A stretch of 64,000 nt of DNA from Candidatus Latescibacterota bacterium (GTDB lineage Bacteria > Latescibacterota > UBA2968 > UBA8231). The notes beneath the pieces were generated by a model. It was not told the origin of the DNA. It searched no databases and saw only the letters and a program-made list of their open reading frames with translations. Position numbers and translations under genes: made by a program. The DNA is taken from positions 864,001-928,000 of the forward strand of contig OZ220090.1 of the NCBI GenBank assembly GCA_964291625.2. Direction: 5' to 3'. This document shows positions 20,540 through 30,384 of this stretch, piece by piece; position 1 is the stretch's first letter; each line of letters starts with the position of its first letter.

Positions 20540-23494
20540 ATGGGCGCGCCGTCGTCGAACGTCCTGGCCGCCGCCGCCGGGGCCCCGGGGTTCCCCGGCC
20601 TGCGGGGCCACCGGCCGGACCAGGCCGAGGCCGGGATCGACCGCCTGGGGGAGGCGGCCGCCCGCGCCGGCCGCGAAACCCTCGCCGCGGCCCTGGAGTC
20701 CCCCGAGGGCCGGGTGTTCTTCTCCTTCCTCTGCGGCAACAGCCCCTACCTGGGCCGCCTCCTGCTGCGGGACCTGGAGTTCACCCAGTCCCTGGTGGAA
20801 GAGGCCCCGGAGGCGGTCACCCGGCGGCTGCTCGACGATCTCGCCGCGGCCGACCCGGCCATGGACCGCGACCGGCTCATGGGGTTCCTGCGGCGCCAGC
20901 GCAGCCGCGTGGCCGTGGTGGCGGCGGTCTACGACTGCTTCGGCATCCGCGGCGTCATGGAGTGCGCCGAGCTGCTGTCCGACATGGCCGACCACGCCGT
21001 GCGCCTGGCCGTCGCCCACCTCCTCCTGGGCCGGGCGCGGCGCGGCGACCTGGAGCTGCCCGGGGAAGAGGGCCGGTGGGGATACTTCGTCCTCGCCATG
21101 GGCAAGCACGGCTCCCGCGAGCTGAACTACTCCTCCGACATCGACCTCATCGTCCTCTACGACCCGTCCCGCGTGCGCTACACCGGCCGCAAGAGCCCGG
21201 GCGACTGCTTCGCGCGGGTCACGCGCGACCTGACGGGCATCCTCCAGTCCCGCACCGGCGACGGCTACGTCTTCCGCACCGACCTGCGCCTGCGGCCCGA
21301 CCCGTCCTCGACGCCCCCAGCCGTCACCGTCGACTTCGCCCTCGACTACTACCTCCGCTTCGGCCGCACCTGGGAGCGCACCGCCCTGATCAAGGCCCGC
21401 CCCGTGGCCGGCGACCTGGCCGCGGGCGAGGTCTTCCTGGAGCGGCTGTCGCCGTTCATCTGGGACGATGGACTCGACTTCACCTCGGTCGACGAGATCC
21501 GCTCCATGAGCCAGCAGATCCACGACTTCCACGGCCACGGAGCCGTGACCGCCGCCGGCCACGACGTCAAGCTGGGACGGGGCGGCATCCGCGAGGTCGA
21601 GTTCTTCGTGCACATGCACCAGCTCGCCTACGGGGCCCGCAACCGCCGCCTGAGGGGGCCCCGGCTGCTGGCCATGCTGGAGGTCCTCGACGGCGAGCAC
21701 CACCTGCTGCCGGCCGAGGCGGCCACCCTGCGCGAAGCCTACCTGCTGCTGCGGCGCGTCGAGCACCGCCTGCAGATGATCAACGACGACCAGACGCAGA
21801 AGCTGCCGGAATCGGCCGACGGGCTCGAGCACGTGGCCGCCCTCATGGGCCTTCCCTCGAGGCGGGAGCTGGAGAGCCGGGTCGAGCAGGCCTGCCGGGA
21901 GGTCCACGATCTCTACCGCACCCGCTTCGACGTCCCCGAGAGCGAGCAGGACGTCACCGCCGTGATCCTGGACGGGCCGGAGGGCGGCAACCCCGACGCC
22001 GTCGAACGGCTGGAGGCCGCCGGCTTCGCCAAGGCGCCGACGGCCGTCGAGATCTTCCGGGGGTGGGCGGCGGGCCACCACGCCTCGACCGCCCCGGAGC
22101 GTTCCCGCGCCATCCTCCGCGAGATCCTCCACGAGGTCATCGAGGCCCTCGGGCGGACCCCCGACCCGGACCGCGCCCTGGCGCGCATGGACAGGTTCCT
22201 GGCGGCCCTCCCGGAGGAGATCTCCCTGCTTCCCATGCTCCGGGCCCATACCTGGCTCCTCCGTCTGCTGGCCATGGTCATGGGCAGCGCCCCGCGCATC
22301 GCCGACACCCTCGGCGGCAACCCCCGGCTCCTGAGGGCCGTCCTCGAGCCCGGCTTCTTCCTGCCGATCCCGGACCGGGAGCAGCTGGCCGGCGAGCTGG
22401 GGGAGCGCCTTGAGGGTTGCGGGGACCCGCAGGAGCGGACCCGCCAGGTGGCGGGCTGGGCCGGGGACCGGCGCTTCCAGGTGGGCGTGCAGTCCCTGGA
22501 GAACCTGATCACCGTGGACGAGGCCGCCGCCGCCCTCTCGCACGTGGCCGAGGTGGTCGTCGAGGTCTTCCTCGCGGACGTGCTCGCCGGGCTGGAGGCG
22601 CATCACGGAAGGCCCGCCGTGGGCTGCGCCGTGGTGGCCATGGGCAAGCTCGGCGCCGGGGAGATGACCTTCGAGTCGGACCTCGACCTGCTGCTGGTGG
22701 CCGACCTCCCGGACGACCGGGAGACCACCGCCGGTCCCGCCCCCATCGAGGCGGGGCGCTTCTACGGGCGCGCCGCCCGGCGCCTCATCGCCGCCCTCGG
22801 CAGCCGCTCGCCCTCGGGCCCGCTCTACGAGGTCGACATGCGCCTGCGGCCCTCGGGCGAGAGCGGCCCCCTGGTGACCACCCTGGCCGCCTTCCGGGAG
22901 TACCACGCCGGCGCGGCCTGGACCTGGGAGCAGATGTCCCTGACGCGGGCCCGGGTCCTCTGCGGCGACGAGGCCGCGGCCGCGGCCGTGGGCCGGGAGA
23001 TCCGGCAGGTCCTGACCCGCCCCCGCGATCCGGAGGCGCTGCTGCGGGAGGTGGCCGCCATGCGCGACCGCATCGCCGCCGAGTACCCGCCGGGCGACCC
23101 CTTCGAGCTGAAGTACGCCCGCGGCGGCCTGGTCGACCTGGAGTTCATCGCCCAGTACCTGCAACTGCTGCACTCCCACGACCGCCCCGAGGTCCTGGCC
23201 GGCGGCACCGCCGCCTGCTACGAGGCCCTCGCCGGCGCCGGCCTCCTCGACGACGAGGAGGCGCGGTTCCTCGCCGGCGCCGTGCGCATGCAGCGCGCCC
23301 TTCAGGGCCTGGTGCGGCTGACGTGGAACGAGGAGACCGCGGTGCGCGACGCCCCCGAGGCCTTGCTGCGGAAGCTGGCGGCGGCCCTGGAGTGCACGGG
23401 GTTCGACGAGCTGGAGGACCGGCTCCGCGCCACCCAGGAGAGGGCCTTCGGCGTCTACCGGGAGCGCATCGGCGGGCCGGCGCAGGAGGCGTAG
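20540..23494 (+). CDS. glnE: Glutamine synthetase adenylyltransferase/adenylyl-removing enzyme
   Basis: Two NT domains: MGKHGSRELNYSSDIDL/DLRLRP and MGKLGAGEM..SDLDL/DMRLRPSG; GGIREVEF and GGLVDLEF. Confidence 0.95.
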   Translation: MGAPSSNVLAAAAGAPGFPGLRGHRPDQAEAGIDRLGEAAARAGRETLAAALESPEGRVFFSFLCGNSPYLGRLLLRDLEFTQSLVEEAPEAVTRRLLDDLAAADPAMDRDRLMGFLRRQRSRVAVVAAVYDCFGIRGVMECAELLSDMADHAVRLAVAHLLLGRARRGDLELPGEEGRWGYFVLAMGKHGSRELNYSSDIDLIVLYDPSRVRYTGRKSPGDCFARVTRDLTGILQSRTGDGYVFRTDLRLRPDPSSTPPAVTVDFALDYYLRFGRTWERTALIKARPVAGDLAAGEVFLERLSPFIWDDGLDFTSVDEIRSMSQQIHDFHGHGAVTAAGHDVKLGRGGIREVEFFVHMHQLAYGARNRRLRGPRLLAMLEVLDGEHHLLPAEAATLREAYLLLRRVEHRLQMINDDQTQKLPESADGLEHVAALMGLPSRRELESRVEQACREVHDLYRTRFDVPESEQDVTAVILDGPEGGNPDAVERLEAAGFAKAPTAVEIFRGWAAGHHASTAPERSRAILREILHEVIEALGRTPDPDRALARMDRFLAALPEEISLLPMLRAHTWLLRLLAMVMGSAPRIADTLGGNPRLLRAVLEPGFFLPIPDREQLAGELGERLEGCGDPQERTRQVAGWAGDRRFQVGVQSLENLITVDEAAAALSHVAEVVVEVFLADVLAGLEAHHGRPAVGCAVVAMGKLGAGEMTFESDLDLLLVADLPDDRETTAGPAPIEAGRFYGRAARRLIAALGSRSPSGPLYEVDMRLRPSGESGPLVTTLAAFREYHAGAAWTWEQMSLTRARVLCGDEAAAAAVGREIRQVLTRPRDPEALLREVAAMRDRIAAEYPPGDPFELKYARGGLVDLEFIAQYLQLLHSHDRPEVLAGGTAACYEALAGAGLLDDEEARFLAGAVRMQRALQGLVRLTWNEETAVRDAPEALLRKLAAALECTGFDELEDRLRATQERAFGVYRERIGGPAQEA

Positions 23495-23496
23495 GA

Positions 23497-25515
23497 CTAC
23501 CGGCCCCGGCGGCCGGCCCCACCCCCGGCGGACCGGCGCCGTTCCTGCCGCCCGCGGAAATCGGCGAGCTCATCCGCAAAGCGCCGTTCGTTCGGCAGCA
23601 AGGCAAGGGCGGCCTCGAAGGCGGCCTCGACCTCGCTTGCCGGCGAACGCAGCCAGTCCAGCGTTCGCGCCAGGTCACGTGACGCCCAGGCTCGGCGAGC
23701 GGTCGGGGCCTCCATCTGAGTCACCCGTTCAAGCAGTCCTCGGGCCTCGACCAGCAGCCGACGGTTGACGTCCCGCCACGACCCCCGCCTCTTCCTCCGG
23801 GCCTCCTGGGCCAGCCGCATCTTGGTCTGGGCGAATTCATGGAGAGCGCGGACGTCGGCCCACGCCTCCTCTCCGGCTTGCTCGAAGTACCTGTGCGCCG
23901 CCTGCGGATCACGGAGTCGGCGCGCCAGAATCGCGGCGTCGATGGCATCCTGGCCAGTGACGATCCTGGGCAGAGCGTCGAGCAGGCGCTTTGCATCCTC
24001 CTCCCTCCCGCTCGCCAGGAAGGCTTCGATCAGGACATTCGCAACGTTGGCCTGGGCGACCTGGGGACCTCGTGCCCTGAATCCCTCGAACAACGCTTCC
24101 GCTTCTTCCAACTGGCCCCGGTCCCTGTAGAGGCGAACCATCTCGGCCGCCAACGTCGCTGACGACTCGTTCGCTTTCCATGCGTCCCGTACCCGCCTGA
24201 AGGCGTCCTCGTCATTGCCGACGGTGCGCAGATAGGCGGCGTCCTGAATTGCCGAAACGGCGGCAAACTCGGGATGCGCCGGCAGGGTCGCGCGGAAGTA
24301 GGTCCTCCCGGGATCGAAGTCGAAGACCGGCTTCGGCGAACCGTTCCGGGTCATGGCCTCGACCATCTGCGGCAGTCCGGTCAAGCGTCCCTCGGCGAGC
24401 TTGAGCTCCTTGAGAAACTCGCCGATGCGCCGGTTGCGGGCCGGCACCGGCGGCACGGGGCCGACATCGAGGTGGTGTTGTTCGATGCCGGCGACCGGAC
24501 CCGGATAGCTGATCACCTCGATACGGTCCGGGTAGAGATAGACCTTGGTTGGTTCGACGACATCCGGACGATAGGCCCGGTGATAGACGGCGTTGACCAG
24601 GGCCTCTCGCATCGCGACCTGGGGATAGCTGACCCAGCCCCGAACCCGGCTGCGGTCGCGCTCCTTCTGCAGATGGGCCTGGGAAAGGCCTTCGAGGTGG
24701 CGAAGGCACTCCTGCAACTGATCGGCGAGGGGGCCCCGGAAGATGCGCTCGTCCAGCACGTTGCCGGGGCGATCCGCGGCAAAGCGGACCACTTCGATGC
24801 GGGCCCCCGGAAACCACTTTTCCGGGTCTTCCGAGAAGAACAGCAGACCGACGTTGCGCGGCACCTCGTGGTCATTGACAGGTGTCGTCAAGCGCATGCG
24901 CCGGTAGACTTCGAGGTCGTCGGCCTCGTCGATCAGGCCGCTCCCCACGTCGCGGAGATACTCCCTCGTCCTGGTCGCGCGGAGATCCGCGAGCCGGGCG
25001 CCGGGGGCCGGCCGATCGTCCCAGGGTACGCGGGCGGTCTGCTCCAGCAGCATCTCGAGCTGGCCGTGCGTCTCGGCGTCGACCGTGGCATGTCCGACCC
25101 GGACCCAGTACTTCCAGTTGTTCCTGCGATCCGGTGCCCGATGGGGGCGGCCGACGCTGGCCGGCGCCCAGATCACAAGAACACGCCGGTCCTGAACGAG
25201 CTCCGGCGAGAACACCGGTTCGTAGCTGGGTTGCAGAGCCTTGCAGCGGCCCCGCAGCCACCGTTGGGCGGCGTCGACGTCCTCGTCGCTGAGCCCGGCC
25301 GGCGGCAGCACGGCCCGGCTGTCCTGCTCCGCGACGCCGATGACGACGTAGCCGCCGTTCAGATTCTGGAGGTCGTTCGCGAAGGCGCACACCGTTCGCA
25401 GGACCTGGCCGGCCGTATGGTGTTCGTCCCAGCTCGCCTTGAATTCCACGCGCGTCGACTCGACGGACCGCTGGTGCAGCAGATCGTCGATATTGATCGG
25501 GAGAATCGTGCTCAT
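23497..25515 (-). CDS. Schlafen/AlbA_2 domain + HATPase_c_4 (RecG-like C-terminal) + TPR-like helical tail
   Basis: ESTRVEFK, VCAFAND..GGYVVIGV, REALVNAVYHRAY, RNRRIGEFLKEL; codon usage differs from neighbours. Confidence 0.8.
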   Translation of the reverse strand: MSTILPINIDDLLHQRSVESTRVEFKASWDEHHTAGQVLRTVCAFANDLQNLNGGYVVIGVAEQDSRAVLPPAGLSDEDVDAAQRWLRGRCKALQPSYEPVFSPELVQDRRVLVIWAPASVGRPHRAPDRRNNWKYWVRVGHATVDAETHGQLEMLLEQTARVPWDDRPAPGARLADLRATRTREYLRDVGSGLIDEADDLEVYRRMRLTTPVNDHEVPRNVGLLFFSEDPEKWFPGARIEVVRFAADRPGNVLDERIFRGPLADQLQECLRHLEGLSQAHLQKERDRSRVRGWVSYPQVAMREALVNAVYHRAYRPDVVEPTKVYLYPDRIEVISYPGPVAGIEQHHLDVGPVPPVPARNRRIGEFLKELKLAEGRLTGLPQMVEAMTRNGSPKPVFDFDPGRTYFRATLPAHPEFAAVSAIQDAAYLRTVGNDEDAFRRVRDAWKANESSATLAAEMVRLYRDRGQLEEAEALFEGFRARGPQVAQANVANVLIEAFLASGREEDAKRLLDALPRIVTGQDAIDAAILARRLRDPQAAHRYFEQAGEEAWADVRALHEFAQTKMRLAQEARRKRRGSWRDVNRRLLVEARGLLERVTQMEAPTARRAWASRDLARTLDWLRSPASEVEAAFEAALALLPNERRFADELADFRGRQERRRSAGGGAGRRGR

Positions 25516-25682
25516 GGGTGCATACCGGCTGCCCCGGCCTCTTTCGGCGAGTACCGGAGCAGGGTCAGAGTACGTATGTGGGGAGTTGTCAGGTAGTATA
25601 TGGGGGGTCCCATGGCCAAGGAACCCCCGGGGGTGACAGGAGGCGGCGCGGGCTCCGGGGCCGGGGTCACACCGGCTCCCTG

Positions 25683-25864
25683 TGCAGACGGTGCCTCTGC
25701 TATCTGCTTCGGGCTGAGTCGGGGATGGCCACCTCCAGCAGCCCTTCCTCCAGCAAGGGCCGGAGCACCTGGTCCCCGAAACCTGAGTACGGTCCATCTT
25801 CCCGGCCAGGAGCCATCGAATCCCCCTTTGGACCTCTCGGACAAGCAATTGCGGAGGACCTGAA
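25683..25864 (-). pseudogene. Decayed Fic-like C-terminal winged-helix coding fragment
   Basis: Minus strand reads QVLRNCL / DRT / FGDQVLRPLLEEGLLEVAIPDSARSR*QRHRL with frameshifts and an in-frame TAG at 25700-25702. Confidence 0.6.
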
Positions 25865-25917
25865 CTTGGTGCCTACTTGGTGCCTACTTGGTGCCTACTT
25901 GGTGCCTACTTGGTGCC
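25865..25917. repeat. Tandem repeat of 11-bp unit CTTGGTGCCTA (about 4.8 copies)
   Basis: Read directly from the sequence. Confidence 0.95.
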
Positions 25918-26215
25918 CGACCTGGCTCTGGGCCCGGCACCTGCCGGTCCCCTCGGCCGGGACTTCCGCTGCCGGACGACGGAGGGTTGTGGTCACCCAG
26001 TGGTCGACCTGATCACCGGCGCCGCCACCCGTGGTCCCGGCAGAACTCCCGAATCCGCCGGATGGGGCACGCTCTTCCCCGTCTCACGTGCGTGATGGGT
26101 TGCTCGACGGGATGTTCGAGAGACAGCAATCCCGCCGCCTTCCGGGCCCGCAGTCTCGAGCGCGGCGGGACCGTGCGCCCGGGCATCCGGTTCTGAGTCG
26201 ATGCACACGTAAAGA

Positions 26216-26255
26216 GGCCGGCACCGGCCCGGAGCGAATCCGGCCGGTACCGGCC
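26216..26255 (-). terminator. Probable intrinsic terminator of the 26292-26930 gene
   Basis: GGCCGGCACCGGCCCGGA-loop-TCCGGCCGGTACCGGCC hairpin followed by TCTTTA on the minus strand. Confidence 0.5.
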
Positions 26256-26291
26256 AAATGGGTACTTCCGACCCCCTGAGAGGAGCCCGGC

Positions 26292-26930
26292 CTACCGGAG
26301 CGAGCCCGCCTTCAGGGCGCCCCAGCTCATCTCGCTCACAGCGGTCCCGGCGTCGGCGACCCGCTGGTACTGGATCGTCTCTTCACCTCCGTCCTCGGTG
26401 GCGGACGTGATCGACAGGGTGTCGCCGTCGACGGACCAGGTCACCTCGTCGGAGAACCCGGCGAGGAAGTCCTGCTGTTCTACCTCGCCGAGGAACTCGT
26501 TGACGAAGTTCGCCTCGAAGGCCGGGTAGTCCGCCGCGGAGATCCCGGCGAAGCCCGCGGCAAAGGCGGCCAGGGCCTTGGCGACCTCGGTGAGGACCTC
26601 GAGGAAGGGGCGGTCGCCGATGAGCATCACCAACTCGGGGATGTCGACGCGGAGCTTGTCGCCCTCGACCTCGTAGGTGCCGGTGCCGTCCACCGTGATC
26701 TTCTCCACGGGGATCTCCGTGGTAGCCACGACCGACTGGAACTCCTCTCCCAGCGTGACCTCCTGGGCCATCGTGAAACCGCCGTCGGGATCAAAGGTCA
26801 GGCGCACGGTGACGTCGTTGCCTTCCTCGTCGACGAAGCCCCCCTCCCAGGAGCCGTGGAGGGCTTCCTCGGCATGGAGGGGAAGGACGAGCAGGCAGAG
26901 AAGCGGGACAGCAGACAGGATGGGGCGCAT
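26292..26930 (-). CDS. Secreted hypothetical protein (lipocalin-like beta-rich) with C-terminal TAVSEMSWGALK motif
   Basis: Signal peptide MRPILSAVPLLCLLVLPLHA, LHGSW start of the mature region, AGGAGG RBS. Confidence 0.75.
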   Translation of the reverse strand: MRPILSAVPLLCLLVLPLHAEEALHGSWEGGFVDEEGNDVTVRLTFDPDGGFTMAQEVTLGEEFQSVVATTEIPVEKITVDGTGTYEVEGDKLRVDIPELVMLIGDRPFLEVLTEVAKALAAFAAGFAGISAADYPAFEANFVNEFLGEVEQQDFLAGFSDEVTWSVDGDTLSITSATEDGGEETIQYQRVADAGTAVSEMSWGALKAGSLR

Positions 26931-27198
26931 GGAGCACCTCCTGGTTAGGGTTGCGTTGATGTCGATATCAATTGGCAGACCCTCCAGACCGGGTCGGGTT
27001 TCTGGCAAGGGCCTGCAGGATGCGCTGCAGATGCAGCACACCACGGCACCGGCCGCAACGGGTTTCGTGCTCGTGCGCACGCCGGCCGCCGAAGGGGAGC
27101 CATCGATCTGACAAAGGGGATGCTGCCTAATGACGGGCGTTTGCCCTAGATTGTCAAAGAGACGGTTACCCTCGTCCGACCGCAAGAGAGGAGATTCC

Positions 27199-28062
27199 AT
27201 GTCCGCCCAGCTTCTCGAGGGAGCCCCTGTCGCCGACAGGATCCTCGCCGAGGTCGCCCACAGGGTCGCCCGCCTGAATGAGCGGGGGCTCTCCGTCGGG
27301 CTCGGGACGATCCTGGTGGGAGAGGACGCGCCGAGCGCCGGGTACGTGCGCAAGAAGCACGAGACGGCGGGGCGGGTGGGCATCGAGTCGTACCATCGCG
27401 AGCTGCCCTCCAGCGCGTCGCCGGACGACCTCATCGGCGCCGTGCGCGAGTACAACGAGGACGACGGCGTCGACGCCTACCTGATCCAGTATCCCCTGCC
27501 CGACAAATTCGACTATGCCGCGGCGGTGGGCGCCATGGCGCCGGAGAAGGACGGCGACGGACTGCATCCGGAGAGCCTGGGCCGGCTGGTGCTGCAGGAG
27601 CCGGGGCCGGTGCCGGCGACGCCGGCGGGGATCCGCGAGATGCTGATCCACTACGGGATCCCCGTCGAGGGGCGGGAGGTCGTCGTCGTCGGCCGCGGGC
27701 CCACCCTCGGCCGCCCGCTGGCCCTGCTGCTGTCTCAGAAGGCGCCGGGCGCCAACGCCGCGGTCACCGTGGTCCACACCGGCGTGAGCGACATGGCCGC
27801 ATACACCCGGCGGGCGGACATCCTCATCGCCGCCGCCGGGGTCCCGGGGATCGTCACGCGGGAGATGGTCCGCGAGGGGGCGGTGGTGGTCAGCGGCGGC
27901 ATCACCTGGAGGGGGAAGCGGCTGATCCCGGACGTGGCCGAGGACGTGGGCGAGGTCGCCTCGTGGATCACCCCGCGCCTGGGCGGGGTCGGCCCGACGA
28001 CGGTGGCCATGCTGCTGCGCAACGCCGTCGCCTGCGCCGAGCGGCGCCGGGGACTCGCCTGA
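27199..28062 (+). CDS. folD: Bifunctional methylenetetrahydrofolate dehydrogenase/cyclohydrolase
   Basis: YVRKK, QYPLP, PEKDGDGLHP, VVVGRG, ITPRLGGVGPTTVAML; AGGAG RBS. Confidence 0.92.
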   Translation: MSAQLLEGAPVADRILAEVAHRVARLNERGLSVGLGTILVGEDAPSAGYVRKKHETAGRVGIESYHRELPSSASPDDLIGAVREYNEDDGVDAYLIQYPLPDKFDYAAAVGAMAPEKDGDGLHPESLGRLVLQEPGPVPATPAGIREMLIHYGIPVEGREVVVVGRGPTLGRPLALLLSQKAPGANAAVTVVHTGVSDMAAYTRRADILIAAAGVPGIVTREMVREGAVVVSGGITWRGKRLIPDVAEDVGEVASWITPRLGGVGPTTVAMLLRNAVACAERRRGLA

Positions 28063-28072
28063 TGGCGGCCGG

Positions 28073-29440
28073 TCAGGCGGTCCAGGGGCCGGTGATGGCC
28101 AGGGTGATCCCGGGCGACTGGATGTTCACGTAGAGGATGCGGCCGTCGGGCGAGAACGTGGCGCCGGCGAACTCGGACCCGTTGAAGGCGTTGCGGCCGA
28201 GCTTGTAGATCCCCCCCTCGGGAGTGACCCCCACCAGGTGGTTGTCGCCGCCGCCGTCCTCGCAGAGGATGACGTCGCCCCAGGGGGTGACCACCAGGTT
28301 GTCGCAGTTCTCCACCAGGTCGCCGTCGTCGGGCTCGATGAACAGCTCCAGGGTGCCGGGCGAGGCCGCCTCCTCGGGCGTCCCCTCCGCGGGGCTCGGC
28401 TCGTAGCGCCAGACCTGCCCCTTCTTCTTCTTGCCGCCGCTGGTGCAGGCGAAGTAGACGGCCTCCCGGCCGTACCACATGCCCTCGCCCCGGGCGAAGC
28501 GGGCGGCGCCCTTGTCCCACCCCTGGTCGCGCAGGTCGTCGTCGGGGGACTCCACATCCTCCACGTCGACCCAGGCGGCGGGCAGGCGGTCGCCGGGAGC
28601 CACGTCCCGCGACTTCCAGTTGCGCGTGTCCAGGCTGGGCCGGTCGAGGGCCATGAGCGCCTGCAGGCGCCCCCCGGCGGCCAGGCGGCCCGGCTCGTCG
28701 GGCAGGTAGCGGTAGATGAGCCCGTCGCCGGCGTCCTCGGTCTGGTAGACGATGCCCGACGCCGGGTGCACGGCCACGGCCTCGTGGTTGAAGCGGCCCA
28801 TCGCCTTGAGGGCCACCGGCTCCACCACCCCCGTGGCCGGTCCCGCCGGCACCTCGAAGTTGTACCCGTGGTCCTGCTCGTGGTGGTCGTCGGCGCGCTG
28901 GGTCGTCTCTTCGCAGGTGATCCAGCTGCCCCAGGGGGTGAGGCCGCCGGCGCAGTTGCGCACCGTGCCCACCAGGCTGAGGTAGTGGCTCTCCCGCTCG
29001 CCGCCGGGACCGATGACGAAGGTGGTGGTCCCTCCCTGGGGCGGGTCGCCGCCGCCCCAGTCGTAGAACCGCTCCCTCGGGACCTTGCCGATGCGCTCGT
29101 TCTCCTCCCCGAAGGCGCCGACCTTGCGGGCCCCCGAGGTCAGCTCGTGGTTGCAGACCAGCAGGGTCCGTCCCTCCGCCCCGGGAAAGGCGGCCATGGC
29201 GTCGGGCAGCCCCGGAACCAGGAGACCGTCGGTCATCTCGTCGCCGGTGCGGGAGATCACCCGGTAGGTGAAGCCCGCGGGCAGGTCGACGATCCCGCCG
29301 GGGTCCGGCAACATGGGGCCGTAGCCGGCGGCGATCCCCTCCTCGGGGGTCTCCCCCCAGACCACGTGGCGCTGCAGCCCTTGGAATCCCACGGTGACGG
29401 CGGCCGCCGACTTCAGGAACTGCCTTCTTGTGACGGGCAT
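28073..29440 (-). CDS. Tat-exported PhoX/DUF839-family alkaline phosphatase
   Basis: TRRQFLK Tat motif, NCAGG.TPWGSWITCEE, MGRFNHEA, RGEG, NCDN, CEDG, SEFAG, NIQ. Confidence 0.88.
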   Translation of the reverse strand: MPVTRRQFLKSAAAVTVGFQGLQRHVVWGETPEEGIAAGYGPMLPDPGGIVDLPAGFTYRVISRTGDEMTDGLLVPGLPDAMAAFPGAEGRTLLVCNHELTSGARKVGAFGEENERIGKVPRERFYDWGGGDPPQGGTTTFVIGPGGERESHYLSLVGTVRNCAGGLTPWGSWITCEETTQRADDHHEQDHGYNFEVPAGPATGVVEPVALKAMGRFNHEAVAVHPASGIVYQTEDAGDGLIYRYLPDEPGRLAAGGRLQALMALDRPSLDTRNWKSRDVAPGDRLPAAWVDVEDVESPDDDLRDQGWDKGAARFARGEGMWYGREAVYFACTSGGKKKKGQVWRYEPSPAEGTPEEAASPGTLELFIEPDDGDLVENCDNLVVTPWGDVILCEDGGGDNHLVGVTPEGGIYKLGRNAFNGSEFAGATFSPDGRILYVNIQSPGITLAITGPWTA

Positions 29441-29495
29441 CTGCTCGATCCTCCCTCCGGGGTGCATGACTCCCTGAGAAAATACCGGTTCCAGG

Positions 29496-30383
29496 CTACG
29501 GCGGCGAGACGAGGCGCAGGGCGTTCTGCGAAAACAGCTTGCGCAGCACCGGCGGCTCCAGGTCCATGCCGAGGAGCCAGGAGCGCAGCTCGTCGCCCGG
29601 GGCGTCGCGGCCGAAGAGCAGCCGGTCCTGGTAGCGCTCGAGGAACCCGCGGGCGTGGTCCGGGTCGCGCCGCATCGCTCCCAGGCCGGAGCCGGCCGAC
29701 AGGTCCGCCCACAGATTGGCGAAGGTGTCCAGCAGCCGGATCAGCTCGCCGCCGGGCCGCACGGGTCCGGTGGGGTACACGGCCGCCTCGGTGGCCTCGT
29801 CGCCGGAGATGTAGCGCCAGAACCCCGGCGCGTGGCCGATGAAGACCGTCTCCGGGCAGGCCCGCAGGGTGCGCTCCAGGGGACCGGCGCCGCCGCCGTA
29901 CCAGCGCGGCTGGTACCGGGGCCGGCCGCCGGCCGGGTCGGGCAGAAACGGCACGTCGAGATGCAGGACCACGGGCATGCCGAGCTCCCCCGCCAGCCGG
30001 AACACCTCCCACGCCCGGGGGTCGTCGAGGAGCATGCGGTAGCTCCACTCGCCGCAGACCCGGACCCCGGCCTCGTGGGCCCGCCGCAGTTGCTCCGGCG
30101 CCGAGTCCTCCCGCGGACAGGGGCAGAAGCCGCCCACGAAACGGTCGGGGAAACTCCGGCACGCCTCGATCACGTCGGGCAGGGGGCAGCCGGCGTGGGT
30201 GCCGTCGGGGCGCAGGTTCCTCGGGCTGAAGCCGCCCTCCCATCCGGAGACGTGCTCGTCGGGCGGCAGGTACCAGGTCAGGGCCCAGCAGCGCTCGATG
30301 CCGAAGGCGTCCATCTCCGCCACCACCTCCGCCGGACCGAGGCCGTGGTACCAGACGTGGTTGTGGGCGTCGATGATCCGCAT
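29496..30383 (-). CDS. Amidohydrolase_2-family metal-dependent hydrolase
   Basis: IIDAHNH, PVVLH, FIGHA, RLLFGRD, NALRL. Confidence 0.85.
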   Translation of the reverse strand: MRIIDAHNHVWYHGLGPAEVVAEMDAFGIERCWALTWYLPPDEHVSGWEGGFSPRNLRPDGTHAGCPLPDVIEACRSFPDRFVGGFCPCPREDSAPEQLRRAHEAGVRVCGEWSYRMLLDDPRAWEVFRLAGELGMPVVLHLDVPFLPDPAGGRPRYQPRWYGGGAGPLERTLRACPETVFIGHAPGFWRYISGDEATEAAVYPTGPVRPGGELIRLLDTFANLWADLSAGSGLGAMRRDPDHARGFLERYQDRLLFGRDAPGDELRSWLLGMDLEPPVLRKLFSQNALRLVSPP

Positions 30384-30384
30384 C

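Noticed and set aside
20447-23179. 910-aa ORF antisense to glnE and other antisense ORFs
   Set aside because: Mirror frames of high-GC3 genes with no recognisable motifs
25865-25917. Possible CRISPR array or iterons
   Set aside because: Contiguous 11-bp units with no spacers; no cas or rep gene in the window
26931-27198. Folate/ZTP or c-di-GMP riboswitch upstream of folD
   Set aside because: Hairpins exist but I could not match the conserved cores; needs an Rfam scan
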